Source: Octopus vulgaris (lineage: Eukaryota). From it: a DNA stretch of 64,000 nucleotides. A model generated the notes under the pieces. That model worked only from the letters and a program-made list of their open reading frames with translations. It was not told the DNA's origin and did no database searches. This document shows, piece after piece, positions 41,008 to 55,493 of this stretch. Where the stretch lies: positions 8,680,001 to 8,744,000 of the forward strand of contig OX597834.1 of the NCBI GenBank assembly GCA_951406725.2, in the 5' to 3' direction. The stretch's first letter is position 1; every line of letters starts with the position of its first letter. The position numbers were made by a program, and so were the translations under genes.

Positions 41008-42447
41008 CACACACACGCATGTACGTATGCATGTATGTATTTGAGTGTGTGTATGTATACATTAATATGCAACTCATGTTTACATACACACACATACGTA
41101 TACCTGTGTACAGCTATGTATGTGTGTGTGTGTGTATGTGTGTATGTATTTATGTATGCCTATATTCATGTGTCTGTGCGTGTGTATGTAGAACAAAATA
41201 ATGGCTGACTTAATGCAGGGCCACTTGAGAGCGTACTAGAATAAATGCGCAAATTTATATATTAATCTAGATTCATCGCTATTGCAATTGTATTCTCCAG
41301 TTTTCGAGAAGATGCGCACTCTTTGGAAGCTTTGCAACGCAAAGAATCCTTACTCCATTTATTTAAAAGGACAAAAGCCAACCTGCAGTTAAGGATATAT
41401 TCTTTGTGTTTTGAGAATTCTACATAATGTTTTACTCTCTCTTGAAAATGGAATTGCGTTATCTTACAATTGTTTCTCTTTTTCTTCTTATTCTTCATAC
41501 ATATACACGTGTATTTTATCAAGATATTTTCACCTCCATTTTGGACTTAAGATGTCTGCCAACCCGGAGAATAAGTGGGTTTTTTTTTTGTTTTCACGCT
41601 TTCTTGGCACACGTTCTGTTATCCCAAGCGCAGCCGATCTCTCGATACCACAGCTTCTGCCATAAAAACTCCGCTGCCTTATCACATCTTTCACTATCAT
41701 CCCATATTCAAGCATCACTCATCTTTTCACACCAATGAATAACCTTTCCCTTACATCATATGCTCTTTCAAACAATATACAATTTACATAACTCTAAGCG
41801 ATTCTCTGTCTTTCTCAGTAATTCGAATCTATAATGGACTACACGCATTAAAAAAAAGATCATCTTCCGCACACTTACACCATGTTGATACATAAAAAAT
41901 TTGCGAACTCAGACTTTGCTAACCTTGCTGGGTTCTGGGTCACTAAGCAGATATATGCACCCCTGTCACACATACATACATACACACACACACACACATA
42001 CACACATTTATATATATATATATGAATAAATGTGTATATGTGTGTATATATTAGTATGTGTATATATATGTATATGTGCATATATATATACATATTAACA
42101 TGTGTATATTTGTGTATATAAATGTATATACGCATATATATCTATATCTACATTTATATATATATTATACACATCACATACACACATTCTCTCTCTCTGT
42201 CATACACACACAAATACATAATATTTGATCATCACATAAGTTCTGACCGATTTTACCTTTTTTAAAATGAAATAAAATTTAATAGTATTTTAGAGTGTTT
42301 AATGGAATTAAAGATTATTTTTATGCATTTGTGTACATTTAAACTAATTAAATATTATTTTACAGAATAATAGAAATAAAATTTCTTTGATTAAATCCTT
42401 TTCTTTTTCTGGAAGTATCCAAAGAGCATTTAAGGCGCGTGCACAAA

Positions 42448-42527
<80 letters not shown>

Positions 42528-42737
42528 CATATTCAGGGTGGGGCAGAAAGGACGGACGTTTTTAAAAACATTCACAAAATAATTAAGTTTCGGTTCATAT
42601 TTTAGTGTTATTTTAATGTGTCGAAACCATTGACCGAATGGTACCTCTCGGACATAAATGTCTCCCACCCTCCGCCTGCTGCTGCGTAATAACCATTTCA
42701 AAAAACGTCTGTCTTCTTTATATATGTATATACAGAT

Positions 42738-43015
42738 GTCACTCCGTCGGTAAAAAGACGAGGTTTCCGATCAACAGAATAGCCTGCTCGTAAAATTAAT
42801 GTGCACGTGACTGAGCACTGGACAGATCCGTGTACCCTTAACGTAGTTTTCAAGGAGTTTCAGAATGACACGGTCTGTGATAGGGCTGGACCTTTAAAAT
42901 ACGGACCCTACTCCCTTTTGCTAGCTGAGTGGACTGGAGCAACAATAAATAAAGTACCTTGCTGAAGGAGACCACACGACGCTGGCAATTGAACTCACGA
43001 TGTTGCGATCGTATA
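42738..43015 (-). mobile_element. SINE sharing its 3' half with 53929-54110 but with a different head
   Basis: CACTCCGTCGGT..AGCCTGCTCGTAAAATTAA..CGTGTACCCTTAACGTAGTT is shared with 53936-54056. Confidence 0.75.
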
Positions 43016-43102
43016 GTTCATGGGATGTTGCCATCCCATAAATAATGCGGTTTTTTCGTTTGCTTGAACTAACATTCGTAGGGGAAAGGGATAACTATCC
43101 AC

Positions 43103-43204
<102 letters not shown>

Positions 43205-43349
43205 TATATATATAAATATATATCCAGGGATTTTCGGGTTACATTTGACAGTTTGTATACATGGAAAATAAGCCACAGTGCCCCATCTAAGGGAAAACAG
43301 GATTTTAAAATATCAAAATATACAAACATAGATTGTGAATAAGAGATAA

Positions 43350-43800
43350 AAGTGTCCTCAAATTTGCCATTCTCGGCTTCGATCCCGGCCTCAAATTCTC
43401 TCAAAAACTGACAGATGCTTTTCTCACTGTGCCCTTGGGAAGTTCTTAGAACAATTCCTCTTTCAGGAACTTTAGATCGGCCTTAGCATTTCTGGTAATG
43501 CGTTGACTATCTTTCTTATCCGTGCTCCCGACGCATATACACAATTATCTGGGAGACTACAATCGGATGAAAAGGGTCAGTGATTCGGGCTACTGAATTC
43601 AAAATATGCACTGATAAACAATTCTGATGCTTTCCGGCAGTTTGGTTAGGAATTGGATCGTATTGTCACACACATATGGCCTTCCAACAGAAATCCACCC
43701 CAGTTGCTTCAAGTCTAAATTGAGCCTGTGCCTTGTTCAAAGATGAAGGAAGACAAATGTTTGCAAGCGATGAACTCCGTAATCTCAATTGCAGTTGCCT
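43350..43800 (-). pseudogene. Decayed maT/DD37D-like transposase, catalytic C-terminal half
   Basis: Minus strand FIFEQG, GRPYV..QYDPIPNQTAGKHQNCLS, SSDCSLPDNCVY (SPDCNPLDY-like) and TVRKA...FEAGIEAENGKFE. Confidence 0.65.
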
Positions 43801-45136
43801 ATCATACCCCTTACATCTTTTATAACATTCAAAGTGCATTAGTTTATCCTGAGAGAGATAACTCTTATCCTGACAGAGGTAACGCTTTGCCAATGATCAG
43901 ATATATTCAAATTCAGCTTCTGTGTTAACATTTTTTCTTCTACCAATTTTTTTCTTATGCTCTTCAACACCGTTGACCGGACAGCAATACATCAAGCTCT
44001 GCCTGAAAAGAGGGAAGAAAAAGCATTAAATTTAGCCCTGATATTCCTACATATATTTCTGTATGTATATTTAGATATAGTTTTTCATATGTATGTTTAT
44101 TGATGTATATAAGAGTATAGTTATGAATTTATGATGTGCGTAAATGGCGTATGTGATTACATGTATGTGTTTACGTGCATTCGGGTGAGTGTGTGTTTGT
44201 GTGTGTCTGTATGTGTGTATGTGTTTGTGCTAGTATTCAAACACACACATACACGAGCATATACGCAATCTCATATATCGTTCAAATACTTGAAGTGAAC
44301 TGTAATAACTTGATTGTACTTCCTAAGCAACTGCATAAATTAGATGGAAAATTCAATTGTATTTCTTGCACTACACGCATTTATATGTTAGCGTTAGTTT
44401 GCTTGTATTTATATGCGAGTATAAGAGTGTGTGTGTCTATCTGTATATAAGTGGAGGTTTATTTAATTTATGTGTGCAAATTTGCATATATATATCCGAA
44501 GGAAAATCCTTGATCGTTGAGCCGTTATATATTGGAAGTCTTCTCCGTGTGTTTATAGATTAATAATTAATCTGTTTGGATATATTGTTTTATTTAACAC
44601 TTTTTTTAACAAATAAAATCCAGTAATGCTTCATATGTCAAAGAGAAGAGAAACTTTATTCGTCTTCCAAGCCATCCAGAGTAATTTCATGCTCAGTGAA
44701 TCCATTGAAGCAAATCACTTTCACTCTACTAAGTAATGTTCACAATATTACTTACCGCGAAATATCTTCATGATGTTGGCAAAATTCAATACACATACAT
44801 AAATGAATGCATACATTCTAAACTGCGTGGGTACCTAATACGTACACACACAAATGCGTATATCCATACATACATTCATACATATATACATAAATGTATA
44901 CGTACGTATGTTCATACATGCATACATACATACATACATAAATATATACATACGTAAATACGAAAGTAAATTCGTTGTAAAGGAAGTATGTAAAAGCAGT
45001 CAGGTAAGTGCTTTGAATGTGGTGTGTAGATATACGCAAATACACATACATACACACATGCACACACACATCTATATATATACATACATGCACACACACA
45101 CATATATATACATACATATATATAAGGGTGTGTTTG

Positions 45137-45169
<33 letters not shown>

Positions 45170-45599
45170 ATATGTGTGTGTGTATGTGTATGTTTGTGTT
45201 TAAATAATTATGTTCATACACAAACATGTGTGTACACGCACACACACATATATATATGAGTGTGTGTGTGTGTGTTTATCTGTGTGCGTGTGTACATATA
45301 TATTCATACAAACATATCTAAATTTGTATACATATACACCCACACACACACACATATTTACACACACACAAACTCACAAACACGAAGAACAAATCACAAA
45401 ACACCTGAAGAAAGGTTTTCGGTAATTACTAATTATTATATAAAGGTATCTTTAAAAAAGAAAACTAGAACGTCATAGAATAATTTTTTTATTTGTATGT
45501 AAGCATTTTTTAGCTTTTCAGAAACACGTTTTATGGTATAATCCGTATTAAAACAGTTTCTCATTTACTGTAGCCGTGTTGATTATTTCCGGTTTACTT

Positions 45600-46000
45600 T
45601 CCATTTTGAATTATTTTAATGGTTTCTTCTGTTGCTTTTTGCACTTGATAATCTTCCTGTAATTTGAAATATTAAACACTTTCAATTTTCCATTTTTTAC
45701 AAATGTTCTTGATTCAAAAACTGAATGAAAAGTTTCTCATAGATGAATTTGTGATTTCCTGTTCATGTACCGAGACACAATGTGTTTTATTTTCACCTGT
45801 TTTGGCTGATTTATTTCTCATAGCATTAGGGGCATGTAATGCCATATTGGATTATTGTCTTGCAGTTCATATTCGTATTAACCATCAATTACCTCATATT
45901 TGTATTTGTTTGCTTTTCCCTGTTCAATTTTGACCTATATCACACAACAATTTCCGCAGTATAGATTTTGCATTGTTCCTATCGTTAGCTGTAGATAGTT
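45600..46000 (-). pseudogene. Penelope-like GIY-YIG remnant
   Basis: MNCKTIIQYGITCP*CYEK*ISQTGE...VHEQEITN, equivalent to the C..NLIY.I.C..C...YIGQTG...VH.QQI motif. Confidence 0.6.
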
Positions 46001-46473
46001 TTAATGAAAGGAATATTTTCTCAAATGGAAATACTTATATTTGTTTTCAAAATAAGGGGACAAAAGGATCAACTAAAAAGTGCAAATCAAGACAACTCGC
46101 TAATAATAACAGTAATATTCTAAATATATTATAACCTTAAATATATTAATAACCACTCCTCTCTCCCGCTCATTGTATTTAAGAACTTCACTCCGAATAT
46201 TAGCCACAGGGTCACATGCCTTCTTCTAAAGAAATATTCAAAAAGGCTGCCCCATGTCGTAACAAGGCTCGACTGGATAGTGACGTTACTGATAAAATGG
46301 TTTACAACAGCACTTCTTCTATCATCTAGTCATAAAGATAAGTCTCTGAATGTTTTATAGTTTGCTCTCACACCTTTTTCTTTTCTTAATCTTTCGGATC
46401 AACGAAGTTAGAAGGTTCTTCCACTCATTAGATATTTAATTTCATAGAACCCTTAGCTATAATAACATCTTTG

Positions 46474-46625
46474 TGTTGTGTAGACGCCCCCAGACGATGA
46501 AGTAGGCTAGCCCAATCCGTAGATATAGAGAGAGAAGCCTCGACGTCATGAGAGTAGTTGACTAAAACAGACAAAAGTCGAGAGTCGAGTTGAGTAGAAG
46601 ACATCCGATCGTGCGGCATGACACT
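46474..46625. mobile_element. Truncated copy of a putative LTR
   Basis: TGTTGTG..GACGCCCCCAGACGATGAAG..GCTAGCCCAAT.CGTAGATATAGAGAGAGAAGCCT is shared with 55822 from the same 5' boundary. Confidence 0.5.
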
Positions 46626-46744
46626 TTGATAGACAGAAGATTAAAATTTAACCACCCCATCCGTATTATAAAGATCTATATGAATAAACAATGAAGATTT
46701 ATTCGTGCATATGATGCACATGTAGAAACAAACTTAAATGACCT

Positions 46745-47060
46745 CTAGGACAGAAATATGATATATCTCCCGTTGTTTATGAAGTCCAGGTATCATCGAA
46801 CTATATTTTAGACTGTAATCAGTCGTTATATGGGAGCAGTGGAAGATGAAATTTAAATCCAGATATAACGTCCTCCTCTCAAGTTTTAGACACCGTAGCA
46901 AAAGACATACAACAAACCTCTCAGCTTTAATCAGGAAATTAAAATATGAAGGTCTAAGTATGACATCAAATGGAAAATCCTTAATGGGTGAAAAAGATGT
47001 TCAATATGTTCTCTCGAAAACCTACAACGGTTAAAGTATATAACAATCTACCACAAAGCA
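46745..47060 (+). pseudogene. Penelope-like GIY-YIG remnant of a different lineage
   Basis: NMIY...YMG...FKSRYNVLLSSFRHRSKRHTTNLSALIRKLK..YDIKWK, matching the FK.RY.NH..SF.H....T.LS..IW.LK motif. Confidence 0.55.
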
Positions 47061-47942
47061 GGTTTTCCGGGAACGATTTGTTTTCTTTACTTCCGAATTT
47101 TAAGAAATATAGTTAGGTAGGATTTATAGGAACACCACCGGCTATATCATCAACCAATGATACTTCTTTTACGATTTTTGATTTTTGATAAGTTTTTGAT
47201 ATATTGTAACTTTGCATACCTCGCTCCTATTTTCTTATCTATTTCTTAGGGGAAATCAATATGGATTATAAAAAACATGTTTATACATCATTCATGAATA
47301 ATATTAGCGTATTTTACCTAATGACATTTTGAAAGCAAGTATCAAACGATCTTGTTCTCAGCTTGAAGAATGGAATAATAAACTGTTTCGCCCACACAAA
47401 TCTAGCAACTGAATTTCACAAAATATGTGATTTTTAATCATTCTATTATCTCTACACTGTTAGCAGATCGAGCACAATAGTGCTTGACAACTTTACAACA
47501 AATAATGAATACACACACTTGACTGCAGCCATGCTGCAGCAGGACCTTGAAGGTTTTAGTCGAACATATCTGTCCCAGGAAATATTTCTTACGCATAGAA
47601 CTAATTCTATCGGTATTATTTGCCGAACTGCTATGTTTAGATAGCTAAACATAATATGCAGAAGTATACATAAGACGTTCAAATGAGATTGAACATGCAT
47701 ATAGTTCTACCAATTACATTTGGGGTTACATTTCAAAATTCTTCGTTTTGGCGCACGAAAATACCGGAGATAAAGAAGCAGGATATAATTATCTGCAGTA
47801 AATTTTGCTGAATTTTCTTGAGAACAATCTTTTCTTATTGGGCAGAGCATATAGGGTCTAAATCTAGCATATTGGATGTCCTCTTAGTAGTCATCACAGT
47901 TATGTATATATGTACATATATATATACATATTTATATATGTG

Positions 47943-48032
<90 letters not shown>

Positions 48033-48290
48033 CATATATGTATGTATATATGTGTATATATGTGTATATATGTATATATATATATATAACTATATATATA
48101 TATATATATTCTATGGCCTGCTCGCTTAGCCAGCGGGGTGGCGTCACTTGAAGGCTAAAACAATGCGACATCTGATAGCCTCGTCGGTCACGGTGATCAC
48201 GGTGATATATATCTGTGTGTGTGTATCCGTGTGTATGTGTATGTATATATGTGTGTGTGTGTGTATCAGTGTGTATGTGTATGTATATAG

Positions 48291-48335
<45 letters not shown>

Positions 48336-48679
48336 ATATTCTAGTTTGAAAGTCCTCTATTCCTGGCATTTATGATGTTCCTTTCCAGTCTTTCGTTTCC
48401 GCTACTGTGAACTCCCTTGTCTTAATGAGGCCCTCGACACACACGCGATATTGAGACAATTGTTTTTCTCATCGTCTGAGGGAATTTTTCACTCTTTTCT
48501 CTCGTAATATAACATGTAATAAACCTCTTTTCCGTTATGGATGACCGAAAGACTAAGCGACTTCATACACGAGAGCACCGGTAGTCACATGTGTTTCCTT
48601 ACATCGATTGCACGGAAACCACTCATATTCTACTTTACGTTTTTAATACATATTAATACATTCATGATTTTTCAGCCGT

Positions 48680-48746
<67 letters not shown>

Positions 48747-49544
48747 CACAAATATATGACGTCTACGCACACACATATCTGGATGCGAATATATACAAGC
48801 TCTATATACTCCAGTACACCACTCTCATCTTTCCCACTACGTTTCTCTTGCTCTTTTCCTTCTACGATTCCATTTCATTATATTTGTTTCACTTTTGCAG
48901 TATGTGACGTAGATTTTTATGTCTATATTTGATTTATGTATTTTCATATCATCTGAAATTTATGTTTAACTTCCTACGTTTTTATTCGCCATTATTACTT
49001 CTTTTTTTGCATTTCCTGTTGTCTGATATTATTTTATATTACTTGAAAATTCTCCATAGTTTTGTATTATTTATTTAGGCTATTTTTTAAAATTCTAATC
49101 TTGTTCTTACTCGCTACATCATATTCCATATCACATCACCTGTATTTCCTTTACATTTTTTTAGCAAAGTAAAATCACAAGCTGACAGCTATATGTTAGC
49201 ACTACGTCGTAAAAAAAGAATAAATAAATATAAATCATCCAATCTGAGACACTTTCTTATACAACACTTAAGAAATATGTTTCATTGTCAAATCTAATGA
49301 TGTTAAAATGCTTTTAATAAATTGACATGAAGAGCATGCATGCATTCAGATATAATATATGTAGTGTTACGCAGGTAGACGCCCAGACATAAGCAAAAAC
49401 GCGCAGACAAGCATAAATACATACATATTCGAGAACACTTACATATGTATTGCTTTATAAAAATGCATGCATATGCACACGACTGTGTGCTCATTGTATA
49501 TATATATATAAATATGTGTGTGTATACATTCGTACATTAAAAAG

Positions 49545-49740
49545 CGAACAATAAAAATAACACAACGAACAAAGTCAAAACGACGCAAACATAGAATGTA
49601 TTAGATTCAATTTCAAATTAAGATGGGAGACAGAGAGAGAAAGAGAGAGGGAGTGCGTGTATAACGTTTCTGCAATGGCTCCTCGTCAGGAAGCAAAGAC
49701 AGATAATGTCTAGAGAGAAGGAAAGACGTCCAAGAGAGTA
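49545..49740 (-). mobile_element. Diverged family H1 copy with hammerhead-like motif at 49659-49694
   Basis: Minus strand CTGACGA-GGAGC-CATT-GCA-GAAAC-GT-T in an H1-like context. Confidence 0.5.
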
Positions 49741-49915
49741 CATGTAATCTTTAGACGAATTGTCGACCCCAGTACGTAGCTTAAAGCTCGTATTTATCCT
49801 ATCGGAGTGTATTGCCGAACCGCTAAGTTACGGGGACATATGCACAACAGCGACAGTTTTGAAGCGTTGCCGGTGGACACAACACACATACGCAAACACA
49901 CACACAGACACGCAG

Positions 49916-49949
<34 letters not shown>

Positions 49950-50154
49950 ACATACATATATATATAGATATGTATATATACATATATATATATTTATATA
50001 TATGCATATATATACATTTATATATACATATATATATATATTCACATACGAATAGTCATATAGATATATCTTTATGTCACTCAAGGTCCAACATTTATCA
50101 ATGAACGAAGATATCTGATCTCGTATCACGCTGTTACTTCAGCTAAATATATAT

Positions 50155-50219
<65 letters not shown>

Positions 50220-50222
<3 letters not shown>

Positions 50223-50476
50223 TGATAAAACGGTAAGATAACAAAAGAAAGAAAGAGACCTCAATATTATGTAAATAGAGGAAATTTATCTATACAATAT
50301 GTTACATTACTCGGTAGTCAAGATAAAACTCTGAGTTTCAGATGCCGAAGTGGAAATCCACAACACCATCTTATCGGTTATCGGGCTAGCCAGATAACCG
50401 AAGAGATGGTGTTGTGGATTTCCACTTCGGCATCTGAAACTCAGAGTTTTATCTTGACTACCGAGTAATGTAACAT

Positions 50477-50484
<8 letters not shown>
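50220..50484. mobile_element. Palindromic insert in (TA)n: 97-bp arms at 50291-50484, no spacer
   Basis: Centre at GGCT|AGCC (50387/50388), with only three mismatches between the arms. Confidence 0.9.
50392..50454 (+). ncRNA. Variant hammerhead-like motif, mirrored on the minus strand at 50321-50383
   Basis: Stem I AGATAA/TTATCT; CCGAAGA; stem II GATG/CATC with inner GTGGA/TCCAC; extra T; GAAA; near-palindromic ACTCAGAGT; GUU triplet. Confidence 0.6.
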
Positions 50485-50554
<70 letters not shown>

Positions 50555-50563
50555 TATGGTTGG

Positions 50564-50634
<71 letters not shown>

Positions 50635-50770
50635 ATACGACGGACTTCTTTCAGTTTCTGTCTACCAAAATCCACCCACAAGGCTTTGGTTGGCCCCTGG
50701 CTAAAGTAGAAGACGCTTCCTAGGGTGCTATGCAGTGGAACTGAACCCAGAACCATGTGGTTGGGAAGCA
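50635..50770 (-). mobile_element. SINE family A 5' half
   Basis: CTTCTTTCAGTTTCTGTCTACCAAAATCCAC...GAACCCAGAACCATGTGG. Confidence 0.8.
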
Positions 50771-50827
50771 TCTTTCTCCGCCTAGGAATAAGTATGTGCA
50801 TAAACACACACACACACACACACACAC

Positions 50828-50867
<40 letters not shown>

Positions 50868-51195
50868 GCATGCTGTAACAAGTGTACACACACACACACC
50901 AGCACATGCATATCTATACATGCTTATATAGACACAGACATGGGTATCAATATGTACACACAATATCCGCCAGTTTAATTTTGAAATAATTTATTGCTAA
51001 ATCTATATGCCATGTTATCTGAAATCAGAAATCACATCACTATTTTCATTATCTCATATTAAAATTCCTCTCTTATGTCTCGTTTTCAAATTCCCACTGT
51101 TTTTTCTTTCATAATTAAAACAACAATTTCTCCAAATTTGTACCGCATTTTACCGTTTGAACAATATTACTAGAAGCGCATGATCTGATGGCAAA

Positions 51196-51411
51196 GGCGG
51201 CGAGCTGGCAGAATCGTTAGCACGCCGGGCGAAATGCGTTGCCGTATTTCGCCTGCCGTTACGTTCTGAGTTCGAATTCTGCCAAGGTCGACTTTGCCTT
51301 TCATCCTTTCGGTGTCGATAAATTAAGTACCAGTTACGCACTGGAGTCGATGTAATCGACTTAATCCGTTTGTCTGTTCTTGTTTGTCTCATTTATTACC
51401 TCTTGTGGGTA
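51196..51411 (+). mobile_element. SINE family B
   Basis: Head GGCGGCGAGCTGGCAGAATCGTTAG through CTTGTGGGTAA. Confidence 0.9.
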
Positions 51412-51691
51412 ACATATATAATATGAAAGGTAATAAGAAATGTTAGAAATTTCTGCTACCAGTGGCCTAGTGTGAAAAAAAAATTTAGTTAATAGACTAT
51501 ATATTATACATTTAAATACTATGTACATTTAAACCATGGTCCAGGATATACATGGTACATGTTTTTATTTTTCATTCCTTTCGAAGTTTTATCCCAATAG
51601 AAGTTTGGAATTTAGCTGTTCTGTCTAGCGTGCAAGTAGTCCTCTGATGGATGCCTCTTATGTGTTTAAATGTGCACTGTATTTATATATG

Positions 51692-51768
<77 letters not shown>

Positions 51769-53222
51769 GATACATAGATAGATATATCTGCAACAACCTG
51801 GGATTCAAGGGCCCACGGTTTTTTTAATATTCTCCCAAAGAGTCTGTGGAACTTGCACAAAGTACATGTAGCGGTTCTTAAATCAAAGCTGGACCTTTTT
51901 CTTGTCGAGAGTCCCAGATGAACCCACCTCACGGCAAGAGGTGCAAATGAGGGTAGCTATATCAAACTCCATTCTTCACCAAGTGCCACATACTAGAGGA
52001 ATCTCTTAGTAATAACAGTGTAGCAGAAAAGGGCGGTTCATCAGCATGGCCGCAGCTCTGAGTTGAAACTAAATATATATATATATATATACATGCATTC
52101 ACATACATATATTTGTAAATAAATATAATTTTTCTTGTGTATATCCCAAGCCAAGTGTTGCCGAATATTGTACATAGTAGTCTAAATGTGCTGCTACTGA
52201 ATATCAATATGTGATATGACTTTTAGTACAAACTAGCACCAGAAAGCACTTTACGTTTCAACACTTCATTTTCGATATAAATATCGCTCATTAACTTATA
52301 ATCGATTCATTCAGCTATATATAAATCTGGAAATATTTCTTTCTATGAATATTTACGCGAAATCAATATGGCTTATAAAGAACATATTTATACATCATTC
52401 ATGAATAAAATTATGGTATTTTACCTAATAGCACTTTGAAACTATCTGAGCCTAAAAAAGATATTTTTGTTAGGAATATAAACAAAATATGTGCTACACT
52501 CAAATACTACAAAATCATTAATAGCGAAATGCTATAAGTCAATAATCGGATAGAAATATCAGACAAATATCAATCAAATAAGGATTTTTTTTTTGTAAAG
52601 GTGATGACGTTTTTGGACATGATGCCCTATGGGCACTACTTTGAATATAGATAGGATTTTAACTGCCTAACCACTTTTGAACCTTCGACTCCTCAGCCAG
52701 GGCGAAAAAGCCTGAAGAGAAATGTCAGCTCAGGATCATAAAAGTTAAAACACCACAATTTTGGGCCCTGATTTTTGGGGCAAGAGAGAGGTCGATTACA
52801 ATGACCCTAGTGTTCGTTGAGTACTTCTTTTATCCGTTCAGAAATTATGACATGTTAAGTCGACATCGACAGAATTTTTACTCAAAACAGAAAGACAAAC
52901 GAAATATCACCAAGCATTTTTTGCCCGGCGTGCAAACAATTCAGCCAGTTCATCGCCTTGGAACGTATAAATATTCATACATTCATTTTCTCGTAAAATT
53001 CTGTTTTCATGTTATGCATATCGAACTTATATATATCAATACAAAATAAGCAAACGTGTCTGTGTGATCAGTAGCTAGCTTCCGATCCATATTATTCTGG
53101 CTTCAATTACACTGGGTGTCCCCTTCATCTAGTGACTTCTATATTCTGGGAATGGTCAAAGCATTGTGATTTGGTTGTTGGATTTGTTTGAAGGAAACTG
53201 AAGAGACTTCATATAGATATAG

Positions 53223-53657
53223 CTTATAAAATAAGGGCAAAAAAAAATTCTAATGCCAAATATGCCGAAAAAAGACAAAATGTCAATAACCATTATAATT
53301 TATGCGTCTCAAAACAAGCCGATAGAAATTTCTAACAAATCCGTTATTACCGTATTGGTCCCAATTTCAGAGTTAATTCATAAGAATTTTGGGGGTACTT
53401 AGGTCTGCTCAGGACTTAGTGCTTGCTTTTTCCATGGGTATGAGTAAGTATTTCATTTATGTTTAACATATTTATCGCTGTGGAGGGGAAAATTCTTATG
53501 AATTAACTCTGAAATTGGGACCAATACGGTAATAACGGATTTTTTAGAAATTTCTATCGGCTGGTTTTGAGACGCATAAATTATAATGGGTATCGACAAT
53601 TTGTCTATTTTCGGCATATTTGGCATTAGGATGTTTCTTTTGCCCTAAATTTATAAG
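53223..53657. mobile_element. Fold-back element with about 168-bp inverted arms and about 100-bp spacer
   Basis: 53223-53390 is the reverse complement of about 53488-53657, for example CCGTTATTACCGTATTGGTCCCAATTTCAGAGTTAATTCATAAGAATTTT. Confidence 0.88.
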
Positions 53658-53728
53658 TTATTTATAAATTTATCCTTTAAAAGTATTTTTTAATATGCTG
53701 GCCATTTTTTTCGAAAAAGTTTTATTCT

Positions 53729-53818
<90 letters not shown>

Positions 53819-53846
53819 TATATATATGTGCATATGTATATATATA

Positions 53847-53898
<52 letters not shown>

Positions 53899-53928
53899 TA
53901 TATATATATACATATGCATATATATATA

Positions 53929-54301
53929 TGGGAAGCACTCCGTCGGTTACGACGACGAGGGTTCCGGTTGATCCGAATCAACGGAACAGCCTGCTCGTGA
54001 AATTAACGTGTAAGTGGCTGAGCACTCCACAGACACGTGTACCCTTAACGTAGTTCTCGGGGATATTCAGCGTGACACAGAGAGTGACAAGGCCGGCCCT
54101 TTGAAATACAGGTACAACAGAAACAGGAAGTAAGAGTGAGAGAAAGTTGTGGTGAAAGAGTACAGCAGAGACCACCGGAGGTTCGTGGAGCTTTAGGTGT
54201 TTTCGCTCAATAAACACTCACAACGCCCGGTTTGGGAATCGAAACCGCAATCCTATGACCGCGAGTCCGCTGCCCTAACCACTGGGCCATTGCGCCTCAA
54301 C
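53929..54301 (-). mobile_element. Chimeric SINE: family C head with an alternative 3' module
   Basis: 54120-54301 matches family C, while 53929-54110 matches 42738-42905. The element is inserted in (TA)n. Confidence 0.85.
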
Positions 54302-55088
54302 GTATATATATATATATACATATACATATGCTTATATATATATATACTTATATATATCTATATATGCATATATATATGTGTATATAATATATGGGGGGGA
54401 GTGTATATGTTTGTACTTGTGGGTGTTTGCCTCTGCTTTTGTTGCCTACGCTTGCTTGCCAACCGGTGTATTTTGATTACGCCGTGGTAACTTAGCCGAT
54501 CGCCAAAAGATGGAAATAGAATAAGGTCAGACTTATACAATAAGCACTGGGTTTCGATCTCGAGTTATTTTTCTAGTATATCTTAAGTCTAATGGCGAAA
54601 ACAAATGTATGACAAGATAAAAACTTTAAAATATACTAAGCATTTTTATACGTGAAAACATTTTAAGATGAATGCAACCAATATAAACGAAATGAAATTA
54701 ATCACGCAGAAATATAATGCTATTGGTTTTAAGATCCGAAATATATTCTCGGGATTCTGAAAACCCGAAAATTGCCAAAGAGGTTTTTAATCTGTATCGA
54801 TTTATTTTCGGGCAATAAATGTAATACAGAATGTGTACTGCGGTGGAGAAGTTTCCAGTATTAAACACGGAACGAAAATCTGTATGATTAACAGGTATCA
54901 TGTTATCCGGTTTAATCCCCATTTCATTACGTTTCCTAGAGAGAAAAATACGTGTTTTAAAAATTGAAGAAAATTCACATGTAAAATTATTCCATAATTA
55001 TTTTGCAGTTTATTCCATATTAAATGCTCACAGAAACACATTCATCGATATGCTGCCACAGTGCATATGCACGCACACACACACACAC

Positions 55089-55152
<64 letters not shown>

Positions 55153-55176
55153 GTTATAATATATATATATATATAT

Positions 55177-55318
55177 GGCGTTAGGAAGGGCATCCAGCCG
55201 TAGAAACACTGCCAGATTTGACTGGGTATATGAGCCTTCTGGCTTCACAGACCCAGTAGAACCGTCCAACCCATGCTAGCATGGAAAACGGACGCTAAAC
55301 GATGATGATGATGATGAT
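55177..55318 (+). mobile_element. 3' part of another SINE with (GAT)n tail
   Basis: GGCGTTAGGAAGGGCATCCAGCCGTAGAAAC...CCATGCTAGCATGG...(GAT)6, embedded in (TA)n. Confidence 0.65.
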
Positions 55319-55404
55319 ATATATATATATATATATATATACTTATAATATAAATATACATATATAGGGCATATACATACGTACATATAATATATATGTG
55401 TATA

Positions 55405-55493
<89 letters not shown>

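Noticed and set aside
43666-44002. In-frame TGA codons as selenocysteine or readthrough
   Set aside because: The downstream sequence is a frameshifted maT transposase relic, so the stops are decay. No SECIS was seen.
51196-51290. tRNA gene
   Set aside because: A/B boxes are present, but it is the head of SINE B, continues into the SINE body and has no proper cloverleaf.
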